64,000 nt of DNA from the human T2T-CHM13v2.0 reference genome, Homo sapiens, in the NCBI RefSeq assembly GCF_009914755.1, contig NC_060941.1; one strand, written 5' to 3'. The position numbers and the translations under genes were made by a program. This document shows positions 21,271 to 37,857 of the stretch, piece by piece. The notes beneath the pieces were generated by a model. It did not search any database, was not told the DNA's origin, and worked only from the letters and a program-made list of their open reading frames with translations. The stretch's first letter is position 1. The number at the start of each line of letters is the position of its first letter.

Positions 21271-22262
21271 TAGTAGAGATGGTGTTTCACCATGCTGGCC
21301 AGTTCGAGACTGGTCTTGAACTCGTAACCTCAGGTGATCCTCTCGCCTCAGCCTTCCAAAGTGCTGGGATTACAGGCGTGAGCCACCGCACCTGGCCTCT
21401 TGTTCATGTTTTATGTGTAAATTGGTCCTCTGCTATTTCTGTTGCTCAGAGGTGGAAAGGAGAAGGGAACACGATAAAGTCACACATCCACACTGTTGAC
21501 AGGGGTTTGGCTTCCAGGGAACACACCTCTGTGGCCTCAGGGCTATGTCCTGAATTCTAAAACGGGGCTCTCACGGCTGACCCGATGTCACTGGGTCCCC
21601 GTTTGCTGCTTGAGTCTCTTCGGAGCCCAGTGTTGACTCCCGCTCTTCGTGGCTGCCCCGGCTATCTGGCCATGAGGAGCTGACCATGCACCTGGCCGGA
21701 CTCACATCCGCTCCGCTAGGGAAGACCTGGGGGCGGAGGTCGGTCTCTGACCAGCCAGCGTCCCTGCAGAGGACTGCGAGTAGGAGGCGGGTATTGCCCA
21801 CGCCAGGGCCTGTGGTCTGAGAGGGCTGGCCCTTGACGGACAGGTGGGCAAGTCCCCCTCCCACATCTCTAGGCACCAGGGCGTAGCGTACCATGTGTGC
21901 TGTGTTTGTGGTTGGGTTCAGGTACTGCCCTGTAGGCGTGTCTGCTCTGAGCCTCCTGGGACAGCCTGAAGTGGTTGCTGCACAGCTGCTTTGGGGCCTC
22001 CCAGGGGTGTGTTCCTGCTCCCACCCTGGGGTGCTCTGAGTTGGTCTTGGGTTAGAGAAGTGCAGTGGCTGGTGTGTGCGCAGCCTAGGGGCCTAGGACC
22101 TGCTTCTCAGAGCATCACGGGGCCCACCAAGAAGTGCCCCCTGGGGAGGTGACAGCGTCTTCCAGAAATGCCGCCGCCCACAAGGAGGACTGGCCTGTGC
22201 CGGAAGCTGGAGATGGTGGGGTCCTGATGGCACCTGGTAGGTGAGGGTGCCCCAGAGAAACA

Positions 22263-22627
22263 GAGCCAAGGCGGCGGCCTGGAGACAGATTCTGTGGAAT
22301 CTGCCCACTCTGTTGTGGGGCCTGCCAAGCTCAGCATCTGCAGGGTGGACCGAACCCCGGGGAAAGAGTCAGTGCTGGATTCTCAAGAGTCCAGAGGCCA
22401 TCCAGGGCAGAGTGCTCCCCTCAGAGGACCTCAGTCTTTTCTTAGTCCTTCACCTGATTGGATGAGGCCCACCCACTCATGGCGATCAGCTGATTTACTC
22501 AGAGCTGACTGATTTAAATGTTAATTTCATCTAAAGAAGTAACTATACAGAAACATCCAGATTAATGGTTGACCAAAATCTGGGCACTGTGGCTCAGCCA
22601 GGCTGGCACATAACATTACCCATCGCA
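22263..22627. mobile_element. ERVL LTR (MLT2-like)
   Basis: gattggatgaggcccaccca...ctgatttaaatgttaat...aaacatccaga...gaccaaaatctggg...cacataacattacccatcgca. Confidence 0.7.
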
Positions 22628-23173
22628 TGTTAGTTGGAAGCTTGGCCTTTGGAATTAACTCAGCCTGGTCAGCCGTTAGCAGCCAGCAGTCTCTGTTCTG
22701 CCCACACACCTCTGTGGACTGACCCAGGACACAGGTGAGCAGCATCCATGAGAAACTGTGGTGCTTCTCTCCTATGGGACAGATGGAGCCCCGCTCCCTT
22801 CTGTGTGGAAATGGTCCAGGAGCATCTTGTGCGGGTGGTGGGGGGCGAGGGCAGGGCCTCCGCATGAGGGAGAGCAGCGAGCGGCAGCCACTCCTTCGCC
22901 GAGCCAGCAGGGCCATCTCCTGTCTGCCTCAACCACTACTGGACTCAGCCTTTCTCCCCCAGCAGTGACATCAAAATAGCCTATTTATAGGACATAACAA
23001 AGATGATGCCAGCTGTTAATAAAAATGTCCGCTAATCAGGCAGTTCACTTGCTGCAGTTTTTTGGGGTCCCAAGGGCCCAGCCCAGGCTCCTGTGCCCTT
23101 GGCCACCGTGGGCCAGTCCCTGGGGTCTTGTGGGAGCCTCCGCGGGCCTGGGAGTGGCAGGACCCTTAGAGGG

Positions 23174-23490
<317 letters not shown>

Positions 23491-26400
23491 CGACCGGGAG
23501 AGCTTTTCTTTAACGATATCAACTCTGTGGTGCCAAAAGGAGACGCGGCCTCCCGCCAGCACTCGGGGGTGCAGGGCCCTGTGGTTGGACTTCACCTCTC
23601 AGCACTGAAAACCCAAAACCCAGCTGGCCTTAACACTCCTTAAAGACAGAAGTCACACTTGAACAAAACCCACACACAACAAAACCTGATTTGGGAGACG
23701 GTGTCTCCACTGAGCACCTGCTGGGCTGAGCTTCTACCTACGAGTGAAACTCTGTCCTCCCGCGAGGACCAGGCATCGCTGTGTGAGGACGGCACGGCCA
23801 GCGCCTGCTGTGAGTGGGTCTCCCAAGACTAGGCCTCAGGACGCGGGGGGAGCCATCCCCGCCGCCCTCACAGGACCCACCAGGCAGCGGAGACATGTGG
23901 AATTAGAGTATTTTGAGGTGTCCTTTCTTTACAAAATAATGGGGTCTTGGGCATTTCACATCACTCCATTTCTACTGAGACTTTCAGAATCACACAGGCC
24001 CTTTCCGTGGATTTCATTTGGGGCAAAGAAACAACGTAGTTTTGTTTTTGTTTTCAGCCTATGGAATGATTTCCTTTTGTCTGTCTTGTTCAAGTTCAGA
24101 CGAAGCTACTCTGGCATCTGCACATTTCCGTGTTACAGCAGCTGCCTGATGAATTTTATCCACCTCCATTTCAGCATGTGGCTCGCGTGGACAGGTGGAC
24201 GGACGCTGTGGCCGCATGGAACCTTGAGAACCCAGGGACGAGCCAGTGCCGGGAAGGAACTGCCGGGACTCACCGAGCTGCACTTAACTGTTCTCTTTCT
24301 GGCTATTTTTTGTTGTTTGTTTCTTTGTGTTGACTTTGTCCCTGGCAAAATTTTCCACTCTGAGTAAAACAAGTCTCCTAAGTATTGTGTATGTTTAAAA
24401 CGACAGAACCATTTCTACTTCATTTGGAAAAAGATTCAGTCTTTTATCACAGGCCCTTTTGAAACTCAGATCCCAGGTCTCTCCGTGGTATGTTTGTATT
24501 TGGGGTGTCCCTCCGGCTCTAGGCGGCCTCTGACCCGCTGTCTACTCCCCACCTTCGGTGAGCGGCCGCCATGGTGGAGCAGGGTCCGAGCCACGTCCTG
24601 CAGGGCACGTCTGGGGCATTTCCTGTTTTGTGGTAGGAAATGTCCCTGACCTTTCAGAACCGAACCCAATCCTGAGGCTGACTCCTCTACGGAAAATGAG
24701 GACAGGACGGGGGTGAGGGAATGAGAGTGGGAGGTCCCTGCACCTCCTCGCCCGGCTCCTCAGGAAGAAAACCGCTGGCCCTTCCCGAGTGTGCCGGCCG
24801 AGGGCCGAGGGCCGTGCACATGGGGAGAGGGCGTCAGCCTGATGGCTGAGCTTTTAAATGTCATCATCATAACATTATTTATTTAAATGTAGTTATTTTG
24901 GTATTTAATTTTTTTTTAGAGAGGAAAAAACCTGTATTTTCCTGGTGGGATGAAATAGGGATGAAATGGCTCAGAATGGTATATTTAGGCAATTTTAAAA
25001 CATTTATTATTTACATAAAGACCAAATATGATGAATCTGTTCCGTGAATTGTGTCGGCCCTCAGCATGGGGCTGGGGCAGCGTCACTGCGGTGACGCCCA
25101 TTGAAAGGTATGAAATGACTGCACACTAGCTGGATTATCACTCAGCCGTTTAAGAAATAAAAGCAAAACCATCACGTGACTGAGACCGTGTGTGTGACCG
25201 CAGCAAAGCGCAGCGTGTGGATGGATCAGAGCCCCTCGGTGCAGCTGTCTGCATCTTCCAAGCACTTTACAGATACCTTGGAATGTATATTTTTGTCTTC
25301 TTACTCAGAAGGTTTGCAGTTTGTAAAATAATCAGGATTCTGCTCTGTCCTGTGTGTGGGGTCAGCTCCCTCCACAGAGGGCTCCAGCTCTGTTGGTCAC
25401 AGCTGATGGGGTTCTCTGATTGATAGGAGACGAGCTCTCGAGCTCTAAGGAACAGTGAGGTCGCCGGTGGGGAGCTTGGCTGGGACACCAAGCAAATGCA
25501 TCGTATGTCCCCTTGGAGACGTTTTTATGCAGCTGTGTATGTTACTATCCAGAAGGAGTCGGGGGTAGACTTTCCCGTGTAAGCTCAGTCCATAAACTGG
25601 TTACTTCTGATCCTGGAACGTGGACTTCACATGATAGGTCTGGATCTGTTTCTGTTGGGATCACAGGTAAGGAAAATGTCCATTCAAATGGTAAAGAAGG
25701 GAGGAGGGTGTTTTTTTTTTTTTTTGCTGTAGGCACCATTCTGCATCTTGAACCCAGACTGAAGTGTGCCTCTCACAGATGGAAGGTGCACACGCTCCTG
25801 TCTCCTCCTCACTCTGCCGCGTTCACTTGGCTTTTTCATTGGTACCTAGGAATTTAAGAATATCGAAGCGAGAGCAGTAACAAACCATAGATGAGCAGAC
25901 TCCCACACCGGGTTTTCTTGCCCGTCTTTAAGGCACTGTTTCTAAATTTTGAACTTAGCTCTGAATCCCCAAGAACTTGAGCACAGCAAGGGTTGCTGAG
26001 CTGCTGTCGCCGCAGCCCTGGCCCCTGGTGCTGGAGCTGCAGCACCTTTGGGAGAGGTCCTGCGTCGTCCTCAGCTGCGTCGCTGTGAACTCCCGCTCTC
26101 CACTGTGTTCCTCAGTGTCTGCTTTTCAGGAAGTCTGCTGTGACCTTTGCCCAACTTCTGAGCTCCTCAGGGACTAGGAACAATTTCAGTAGCTTTGCCC
26201 TGAACCAAACGAGAAAACAAAAGGGAACTCCCGTATGACCCACGTCACGTGGTGCACTCAGAGTGTGTGCGGCATGATCCTCGGTTGCTCCTCCTCTCAC
26301 TTTAGTAGAGTACGCGGTGGACAGCTGATCTCCTTCAGTCGTCTACCCACTTCCGTCATTGTCCTCCGCTAGAATAACAGAGTAGTTGGTAGTCATGGCC

Positions 26401-26595
26401 AGAAGGGGGGTGGGGGCAGTGTGAGGACTTGGGGTTTCTGTGCTGTGTGACACAAGGAGATAAGTGACAATCTTGAAGTCCTAACTTCCACTATTCTAGA
26501 AAGTATAGTGGTGATTTGTGTGCAAAGATTTGAAGTTTTAAAAAAGTACCAAGTTCCTGAAATTCAATAAAATATTTTTATTAATTTTAATGGAA
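23491..26595 (+). other. FOXK2: FOXK2 3'UTR
   Basis: Alu-free 3.1 kb after the stop codon, with U/AU-rich blocks (24875-25020), ending at AATAAA 26566 followed by U-rich sequence. End approximate. Confidence 0.8.
26566..26571 (+). terminator. FOXK2: FOXK2 distal polyadenylation signal AATAAA
   Basis: AATAAA followed by AT-rich sequence and downstream U-rich tracts; Alu/L1-rich intergenic DNA starts shortly after. Confidence 0.8.
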
Positions 26596-27010
26596 TGCAG
26601 AGTATCATTTTCATTTTGATTGACTGACTTTTTACTTCATGCTCTCTTCTGAGCACACCGGAGGCCTAGCGCATTGGCAAGAACTTAACCAGGGAGCTGC
26701 ACTGAGGACCAGCACTGCAGGCCCTGCCAGTGGGACAGCGGGTTGAGCGTGCAGGTAGAAAAGGCGCCGTGTCACAGGCAGTGGTAACAGGGTCTTGATT
26801 GATTGATCTATGATGTCGGAGTTTTAAAGTTACTTGGAGATTGTGGCTGCCACTATTTCTTCTGCAGACTTTCTCTCCAACCTGAGAATGAAGATCACTG
26901 CAAAGCATCTTGAGGGACATTTTCTCAGAAAATGAAAAAGCAGCTCTTGGCCGGCGCGGTGGCTCATGCCTGTCATCCCAGCACTTTGGGAGGCCGAGAC
27001 GGGCAGATCA

Positions 27011-27274
<264 letters not shown>

Positions 27275-28084
27275 TCAAGTTCCCACACAGGAACACTTTG
27301 ATCTTCAGGCCCTGAAAATCTGGTGTGGATCGCTAATGTCTGGAATCGTGATGACATTATCAGTACTCACCCCAGGGTAGCAGAGGGAAGAAACCGTGCT
27401 GAAAATGACACAGAGGCCTTTGGGAGCTAAATGATGTTCACGGACAGAGAGTTCATAACGGAGTGTTTGTTTTATTCCTTACACTGATCCCCTAATTTAA
27501 AACAGTTCATACTGGCATAAAAGAACTGTTTATCACGCCCTGCGAGACTGCCTCTTCCAGCAAAGTGAAGCAGTCATTTGTAATTTGTTTCTGCCAGGTC
27601 TGCGTCTGCAGTGCACCCGGGCTGCGTTGATGGGTGCTGGGAAATTGTCACTGTTTGTTGCCCCCTTTCTGAGCTATGTCCACAGCAACACAAAATTACA
27701 ATTCAGAGTGGGTCTCAAGTGACCTCTGATGACTAAACTGGCTACAAAGATTCCAGTGGACTCCTCCACCTGTGTCTCCTAGGGGTTATGACTAACTGTG
27801 GACCTAACAAACAGAGCAACTATCTCAGTCCTATGGAAAGTCAGTCGTATATAATACAGAACAGCAGGCAGACTAGAGCCAGAACAAGGACCGGTGTGAT
27901 GGGTTTTTCCTGGGTTTTCCCCTCCCATTGCTGAGCCTAGTCCGTTGCTGGGCCTAGTCGGGGGCGGTCTATCCGAACTGCACATTAGGGATGAACATTA
28001 AAATCTCCAAGAGAAGCCCGCTTCCCTCTCATCCTGGGCAGAGACGGTCGTGGGAAACTCCTGCAAGCAGCAGCCCTGCAGACA

Positions 28085-28137
28085 CTGGCGACTCCCAGAG
28101 AGCCCTTCACTCTGGCGACTCCCACAGAACCCTTCAC
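28085..28137. repeat. 27-bp duplication (x2)
   Basis: ctggcgactccca.aga.cccttcac occurs twice. Confidence 0.75.
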
Positions 28138-28950
28138 GCTGACGAGAGGAATTGGAAAACAGGCCCCTGTAGTCCAAAGAGCATGAGGGAAATCCCTGCT
28201 CCACTTTGGCCCCAAGCTGGACCTAGTCATAGGAATGGGAACAGCACAGAGAGGCTGAAACCTGGGCTTTTAAGTCAAAGGACACAGCAGAGGAGTTAAG
28301 AGACCCCCTAAAGCTCCACATGAATGGCACTGACGTGGGGAAAACAGCAAAGGCTATTTGAGCTCAACTCCTGTGTAGACTGGCCCCTGGGTGAACAGCA
28401 CGACACAGACTTGGAAGACTAGCCTGACACCAGAGTCACAGCTCCAGGAGGCAGGCTGGCACATGCAATCAGAACATAACTGGGTTACTTGCCTGCTGAG
28501 ACACAACTCAGCATCCTGCAGAGGGTTTCATGGACTTGGGAGTCTCAAGGTATGCCGAATGTCTAGAATACAAAATTACTAAACGTAAAAAGAGCCAGAA
28601 AAATCTCTGCCCTAAAGTGAAAAGACCGAATGCCAACTCTCACATGACCCAAATATTGGGAATATCAGATAAAGAACAGTTATTATAACCATGCTCTGTG
28701 AAATAAGGGCAAATGCTCTTGAATCAAAGAAATGAAAAAATTCAGTGAATAAACAGAAAAACATTTGGAAACAAAAATGAACTGGGACTTGTAGGACAAG
28801 ATTGAAGGGTCTACTGTGTATGTCACTAGATTCCTATAAAACAGAGAAACAACGTATACAATTTTTTTTAAAGAAATATTTTAGTCCGGGTGGGCGCGGT
28901 GGCTCATGACTGTAATCCCAGCACTTTGGGCGGCCGAGGTGGGTGGATCA

Positions 28951-29413
<463 letters not shown>

Positions 29414-29507
29414 TAGCCAGGATGGTCTTGATCTCCTGACCTCATGATCCGCCCGCCTCGGCCTCCCCAAGTGCTGTGATTACAGGCGTGAGCCACCGCG
29501 CCTGGCC

Positions 29508-29511
29508 TATA

Positions 29512-29581
<70 letters not shown>
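29508..29581. repeat. Compound microsatellite (TG)n(TA)n(T)n
   Basis: Direct reading. Confidence 0.92.
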
Positions 29582-29583
<2 letters not shown>

Positions 29584-29718
29584 TAAATACTTTAAAGATT
29601 CACGAAGGTGAGTGAATTCCAATAAGATCATCTCAAGGAAAACCATGTTGAGGCAATAAACTAAAGAAAAGACATTTTTTTTTTAACCTGGAAAGCAGCC
29701 AAAGAAAACTGACTTATC

Positions 29719-29845
29719 CAGGTTGAGTATTCCTAATCTGAAAACTCAGTAATCTAAAATCCGAAACTTTGAGTGTTGACACGATGCTCAAAGGAAATAT
29801 TCATTGGAGCATTTTGGACTTCAAATTTTTGAATTAGGAATGCAG
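29719..29845 (+). mobile_element. Tigger4/MER46-like DNA transposon fragment
   Basis: Starts caggttgagtattcctaatctgaaaa, resembling the Tigger4 TIR. Confidence 0.6.
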
Positions 29846-30287
29846 GGCGGGGCACAGTGTCTCATCCCAACACTTTGGGGGGTCGAAGTGGGAGGCTCAC
29901 TTGAGCCCAGGAGTTGGAGACCAGCCTAGGCAACTTGGCAAAATCCTGTCTCTACTAAAAATAAACCAAGTGTGGTGGTGTGCACCTGTAGTCCCAGCCA
30001 CTCAGGAGGCCCAGGCGGGAGGATCGCCTGAACCCAGGAAGCTGAAACTGGACTGAGCCGTGACTGCACCACCACACTCCAGCTTGGGCAATGGGAGTGA
30101 GACCTTGTCTCAAAAAACAGACAAACAAGGATGCTGAAATGGAAAGTACACTGCAAATATTCAAAAATAAAGATTAAAAAAATTGCATTCTGAGGCCGGG
30201 CGCAGTGGCTCACGCCCGTAATCCCAGCACTTGGGGAGGCCGAGGTGGGCAGATCACGAGGTCAGGAGATCGAGACCATCCTGGCTA

Positions 30288-30621
<334 letters not shown>

Positions 30622-31158
30622 TCAAGCTATTCTCCTGCCTTGGCCTCCCAAAGTACTGGGATTACAAGCATGAGCCACCATGCTTGGCCACTTCTAATTA
30701 AAAAAAAAAAAAAAAAAAATAGAAAACAGGCTGGGTGTGGTGGCTCACGCCTGAAATCCCAGCACTTTCGGAGGCCAAGGTGGGTGGATTACCTGAGGTC
30801 AGGAGTTGAAGACCAGCCTGGCCAAGAAGGTGAAACCCCATCTCTACCAAAAATACAAAAACTAGCCAGGTGTGATGGCACACATCTGTGATCCCAGCTA
30901 CTCAGGAGGCTGAGGCAGGAGAATCACTTTGAAGCCAGGAGGCAGAGGTTGCAGTGAGCCGAGACCTCGCCATTGCACTCCAGCCTGGGTGACAAGAGTG
31001 AAACTCTGTCTCAAAACAGAACAGAACGAAACACACAAAGGAATAAGAACAATGAGCCATTCATGAGGTTGGGGCAGGGGACATAGTGACAGAAACCATC
31101 CTTGAAGAAGCCTGGAAATTGGACTTACTAGACAAACACTTTGTCTTAAATATGCTCA

Positions 31159-31341
<183 letters not shown>

Positions 31342-32804
31342 CTAGGCATGGTGGCATGTGTCTGAGGTCCCAGCTACTCCGAAGGTTCAGGTGGGAAGAT
31401 TGCTTGAACCTGGGAAGTTAAGGCCTCAGTACACCGTGATCACACCACTGCAGTTTAGCCTGAACAGTAGAGCCAGACACTGCCCCTCCCTCTGCCCCAA
31501 AAAGAAAGAAATATGAACAGTGTGAAACATTTGGAAATAGCAGAAAATAGAAATTATAAAAAGAGACTAAAAAGAAAGTCTAGGCCTGAAAAGTAAAATA
31601 GCTAACATAAGAAATTCACTAAAGGAATTTGGATTTCAGCAGGCATCAGAAAGCAGCCGTGAACTTGAAGGTAGGTCAGTGAAATTACCCAGTCTAAGCA
31701 GCAGAGAAGAAGAATGCAGGGAAAGTGAACAATAAGGGGCCTATGGGATACCATCGAGCATAACAACATAAGCATTATGAAATTTCAGAAGCAGAGAAAG
31801 AGAAGAAGACACACTTCAGGAAATAATCAATGAAAACTTCCCTGATCTGATAAAGACATGAATCTACACATCCAATAAGCTCAACGAAATCCAAGCAGGA
31901 AAAATGCAAAGAGACCCAGAGCTAACCGTATACATACTCAGCAGTAAAAGACTGAAAGCTTTTCCTTTCAGATCAGGAACAAGAATACCTGCCTTCACTA
32001 CTGCTGGTCAGCACTGTACTGGAAGTCTTAGCTAGAGCCATTGACCAAGAAACGCAGGCATCTACATTGGAAGGGGTGAAAACTCTCCTTGCAGAGGGAA
32101 TGATTATGTGTAGAAACTTCCACAGAATACACACACACTCAACCTACTAGAGCCTGACACATGAATTCAGCAGTGTGGTAGTGTACGAGATCAAGATAAA
32201 AATAAGTTGTATTTATATGCACCAGCAATAAACAATCAAAAAGGAAATTAAGGCCAGGCGTGGTGACTCCGCCTGTAACAGTTTGGGAGAGCAAGGCAGG
32301 AGGATCGCTTCCGCCCAGGAGTTTTTTTTGTGTGTGTGTTTTGTGTTTTTTTTGTTTTTTTTTTTGAGATGGGAGTTTCGCTCGTGTTGCCCAGGCTGGA
32401 GTGCAATGGCGCAATCTCGGCTCACTGCAACCTGCGCCCCCTGGGTTCGATCAATTTCTCCTGCCTCAGCTTCCCAAGTAGCTGGGATTGCAGTCATGCA
32501 CCACCACGCCCGGCTCATTTTGTATTTTTTTAGTAGAGACGGGGTTTCTCCATGTCGGTCAGGCTAGTCCCGAACTCCTGACCTCGGGTCATCCGCCCAC
32601 CTCGGCTTCCCAAAGTGCTGGCATTACAGGCGTGAGCCACCATGCCCAGCTCCGCCCAGGAGTTTGAGACGAAACTGGGCAACAACACAGGGTGACCCCC
32701 ACCTCTAAAACAAAATCATAAAATTAAGAATTAGCTAGGTAGGCTGAGTGCAGTAGCCCACACCTGTAATCCCAGCACTTTGGGAGGCAGAGGCAGGCGG
32801 ATCA

Positions 32805-33293
<489 letters not shown>

Positions 33294-34095
33294 TCAAGAC
33301 CAGCCTGGAGAACACAGACACCGTCTCTACAAAACAATAACAAAAATTAGCCGGGCGTGGTGGTGCACGCCTGTAGTCCCGGCTACTCAGGAGGCTGAGG
33401 TGGGAGGATCACGTGAATCCAGGAGACAGAGGTTGCAGTGAGCTGAGATTGCATCACCACACTCCAGCCTGGAGTGAGACCCTGTCTCAAAAAAAAAAAG
33501 GATAGGCAGCTGTCGTATATGCTGATAATGGTAAAAATAATGTGAGACATAAGTTCAAGTCCCTTGTGCAAATACTGAAACTGAGGTAGAAAAATGCTGA
33601 TTTTCTGGAGTTACACTCTGCTATCAAGGTCAGGAGGACACCCTTTTCCACAGTATCTGGCCAGATCCTTGCCTGTTTTTTCCACATACCCGAGAGAGAT
33701 TAGGAGATAATTAGCCCTCAGCTCGCATGCCCCAGAAGCGTCGTCAGACTCACCATCTGAAACATCTTACACAGATGACAGGCTTCTGGCTGGCAGCCAG
33801 CATGGACAACTCAAGATGGGGCCGCAGGTGTCTGTGGGAGGCTCAGAGCAAATGTCGGGGGATTCACGGCCTCTACAGACGGTGGCGTCTCTCTTGAACA
33901 GAGCTACAAAAGAAATGACATTTCACTAGATGCCACCTCAGTCTCAAGTCTACATTTGCTTTTGTTAAAACCCATTGTATGTCTACATTTTGGTGGATGT
34001 TGCGTAAGACAAATCATTTTAAAATTAATGCCAAAACCACAAAATCACTAACCTGATACGAAATTCCAGAATGCGGCAAGAATATTACAAGCTAA

Positions 34096-34633
<538 letters not shown>

Positions 34634-36111
34634 TAGCGGCAGGCAGGGTCACCCCCAAGTCCCCACTCAATAAAGGAAAATCAGGAGGCATCCTCCAAGA
34701 AGACCCAGATGCTGGAATCGGCAGACAAGGACTTGAAAGCGCACAGAGCGCGTACAAATGGGCAGACACAAGTCATCAGCCACGAATTAGAAACCAACTT
34801 TAGAACTGACAAATGTATCTGAAATAAAAAAGGCGGCCAGGCGTGGTGGCTGTAATCCGAGCACTTTGGGAGGCCAAGGTGGGAAGATCGCTTGAGCCCA
34901 GGAGGTGGAGGAGAAACCCCGTCTCTACCAAAACAATTTTTTAAATAAAAATAGATGTTACGTTCAGGTGTGGGGTTGTCTGAGAGTGATCTTCTCTGGA
35001 GGTAGAAACACGGGGCAATTTTGCTTACAAATTTATATTTTTCTATTATTTTATAAGGAACTTTTTTTTCATTGTATTCTCTGATCCATCTGGAAGAGAA
35101 AAATTTTGGTACAAGTTTCAACAATGTCATCAACCAAATGCCTCTGACACAACAGAAGAGAGATGAGGACTAAGTCACGTGAAAGAGCTCTGGCATTCAG
35201 GGGCTTGGTTTGGTTGCAGAAAGAAAACACAAATATAAAACTCTTTGATCACAGAAGGCTGCAGATGGCCAGCGCCCCCGACTACAGTGGTGGGAGCGGG
35301 AGGTGGCCAGGGGTTCACACAGGCATCACCGCCAAACACAGGGTGGGTATGGGTCAGGGCTGCGTTCCACAGGGCACAAGCCGCCTGTCCCCGCAAGACA
35401 TCCCAGGGCCACAGGGGAGGGAGGACAGACCAGAAACGCAGCCGGAGTCATCCATGCCCACGCACCTGTACGATCAGACAGGAAAGCTGCTGAGTAGGCA
35501 CCGTCTGAGGCAGTCACTCTGGAGTCCCTTCGCACCCACGTCCGGGGCGCAGGAGGTTCGTGGGGGAGGGAGCAGCCCGGCCTTGTTTCCCATACACTGC
35601 GCTTCCCATCAGTTCCACTTGAAAAGCAGCTGCGCTCCCGAGTCCGCCGGCCTAGGGACACCGTGTCCTTGCCGCTCTACAGTGATTTTTAAAAAGCACA
35701 TGCCTGGGGAGGGCCGGTGCCGCCAGGGCCTCACATGAGGCACGTCCGTGCAGGCCCTCGCCACGTTCCTGGTGAACGGGCCTGTGACACAGCCCCGCCG
35801 TCCGCATCAGTTCTGAGGCTGTTCACGTGTACTGCGAGAAAACCCACCCTTCTTGCATGCATTTCCCCCAGATTCATGTTTATCAACTGGTAATTACGCT
35901 CCTACTCCCCCACCCAGAGTCAGATCTCAAGTGTTAGACAAGCCAGGGTGACGCCGGCTCACTTGAAGCTGCCACTTCAACATGCAGGGACATTGCCGCT
36001 GCCAGCCACCCTCCACCTCCGCAGGCCAGCAGGAGCCTCAGACCTCCCAGAGCCACACAGGCCTCCTACAGATGCATTTCCTCCCTCCCTCCTCCAGAGG
36101 TGCCCTCGGGG

Positions 36112-36340
36112 CACAGGGAGAGAGGAGGGCAGGCCGCCCCGTCCCGACACAGGGAGAGAGGAGGGCAGGCCGTCCCATCCCCGACACAGGGAGAGAGGAG
36201 GGCAGGCCGCCCCGTCCCGCCACAGGGAGTGAGGAGGGCAGGCCGCCCCGTCCCGACACAGGGAGTGAGGAGGGCAGGCTGTCCTGTCCCGACACAGGGA
36301 GTGAGGAGGGCAGGCTGTCCTGTCCCGACACAGGGAGTGA
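36112..36340. repeat. 36-bp minisatellite (~6.3 units)
   Basis: CACAGGGAG(A/T)GAGGAGGGCAGGCCGCCCCGTCCCGA at 36112, 36148, 36185, 36221, 36257, 36293, 36329. Confidence 0.93.
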
Positions 36341-36514
36341 AGCTCCAGGCTCCGCACCCAGTGACCCTGGCTTCCACCTTGTCCTGTCACAGGCCGGCGC
36401 CTCTTCAGGCCCACAGGCTGTTCTGAAGCCTACACTCCAACCAGATTCTCACAGCAAGGGGAAGAGTGTTTGGCTTCATAACACACAATTCTACTTCCCA
36501 TTACAGGTCCAGAC

Positions 36515-37857
36515 TACAACAAAATTAGTCACTTTTATTTAAAAGAAACATTACAAATAAGTGTGCAAAATTAAACATCATGATTAAATACACATGAAAG
36601 GAACATGCATACTTTACAGCAACATCCACAGAGAATTAGCTGATTACATGACAGTGACAGTAAAGAACTAAAGAAACCGGCAAAACCGAGGACTCGCTGC
36701 TATGCAGGTTTTACATGTTTGCAATCTGAAATCAAAACCATAAAATAGAGTTTAACGGGAATTTAAGAAAATTAAATATATATCCCAAGTAGCTGACAAT
36801 GTAGAGCCCATAACCTAGTTACCAAATGTTAAAAAAAGTTATGTGCCTCTCCTTCCCAAAATGTTAGTGTGTAGCTATTCTTACAAATGAGGGGAGGGGA
36901 GACGGTGGACCTGGGGGCTCGGAGGCCAGACCAGGGCATTTCCCTCCACACCAGCGGGAACTGCATGGACCCTCCCAGACCCTGCTCTGGCAGACGACCC
37001 CGAAGTTAAAGGATGTTTTCCCCATAACGAATGTTCAAAGTTCGTGCATCACTCTGCTGTTCCCTACACATAACCGGGAAACAGGTTTAATCCAAAATGT
37101 AACCAGGAGACCCCCCGTCCCCGCCCCGCACACGCCTGAGGTGTGACGGCTCGGCTTCTAGAGTGGCCTGGTGTCTGCCTCATTCTAATGGCCCCAACGG
37201 AGACGGGGACGCCACGCACGGGCACAGGTGACGTCACGGGCACAGATGACCACGTTGCGGGTACGGAGAAGACCACAGGCTGGGCTCACACGAGGGGAAA
37301 CATTCACACTGTGTTCTCTCTACAGGGTCAGGTCGTTTTTCTTCATGTTCGGGCGGGAAAAGGAATTCCTTTCTCCTTTTCTAAGGCAAGCTGCTGGTGT
37401 TGTATTCAATCTGCTTATCATGTAAGAACTTACATCTGCACACTTGTTCACTCCCCCGCTGCAGACTCAGTAAGAACGACGGAATCTGCTGCAAAAACAA
37501 ACCTGAACTCGTCCACCCTCTCAGCCCAGTCCCCAGGTCCGTATGGAGCCCCCGTCAGTGTGAGGATGCGGCGGAGCCACTGAAGCTAACGTCACAGCTG
37601 AACTCATGGGAACAGCCAGTGGCCGCCAGTCGAGCTGGTCACAGCCACTGAGTTACCTACGGTGCCTTGATGATGATTCTCTCTTTAATACTGGAAATGG
37701 GAGTCCTTAGGAAAGCAGACAACCACGTATGGCTTCGAGACCAAGGTCCCTGGGCAGCCCCTCCAGCCCGTGGCCCAGGAGGCCCCTGGGGCACTGGCAC
37801 CAGCCCCGAGAGTCTGAAGGCGGCAGGTGGTGGGTGCTGTGGCGCCCCCAGCTGGAG
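36515..37857 (-). other. WDR45B: WDR45B 3'UTR
   Basis: Lies between the stop codon (37858-37860) and the polyA signal; no interspersed repeats. End approximate. Confidence 0.75.
36534..36539 (-). terminator. WDR45B: WDR45B polyadenylation signal AATAAA
   Basis: TTTATT on the + strand at the end of an AT-rich UTR segment. Confidence 0.75.

Noticed and set aside
33505-33990. Unique-looking segment between Alu and L1 pieces; possible pseudogene fragment
   Set aside because: The frames I translated match no protein I recognise; needs BLAST/Dfam, so left uncalled.
37839-37856. CTCF-like motif (CCAGCTGGGGGCGC on - strand) after the WDR45B stop
   Set aside because: Single imperfect motif in GC-rich DNA; unsupported without ChIP data.
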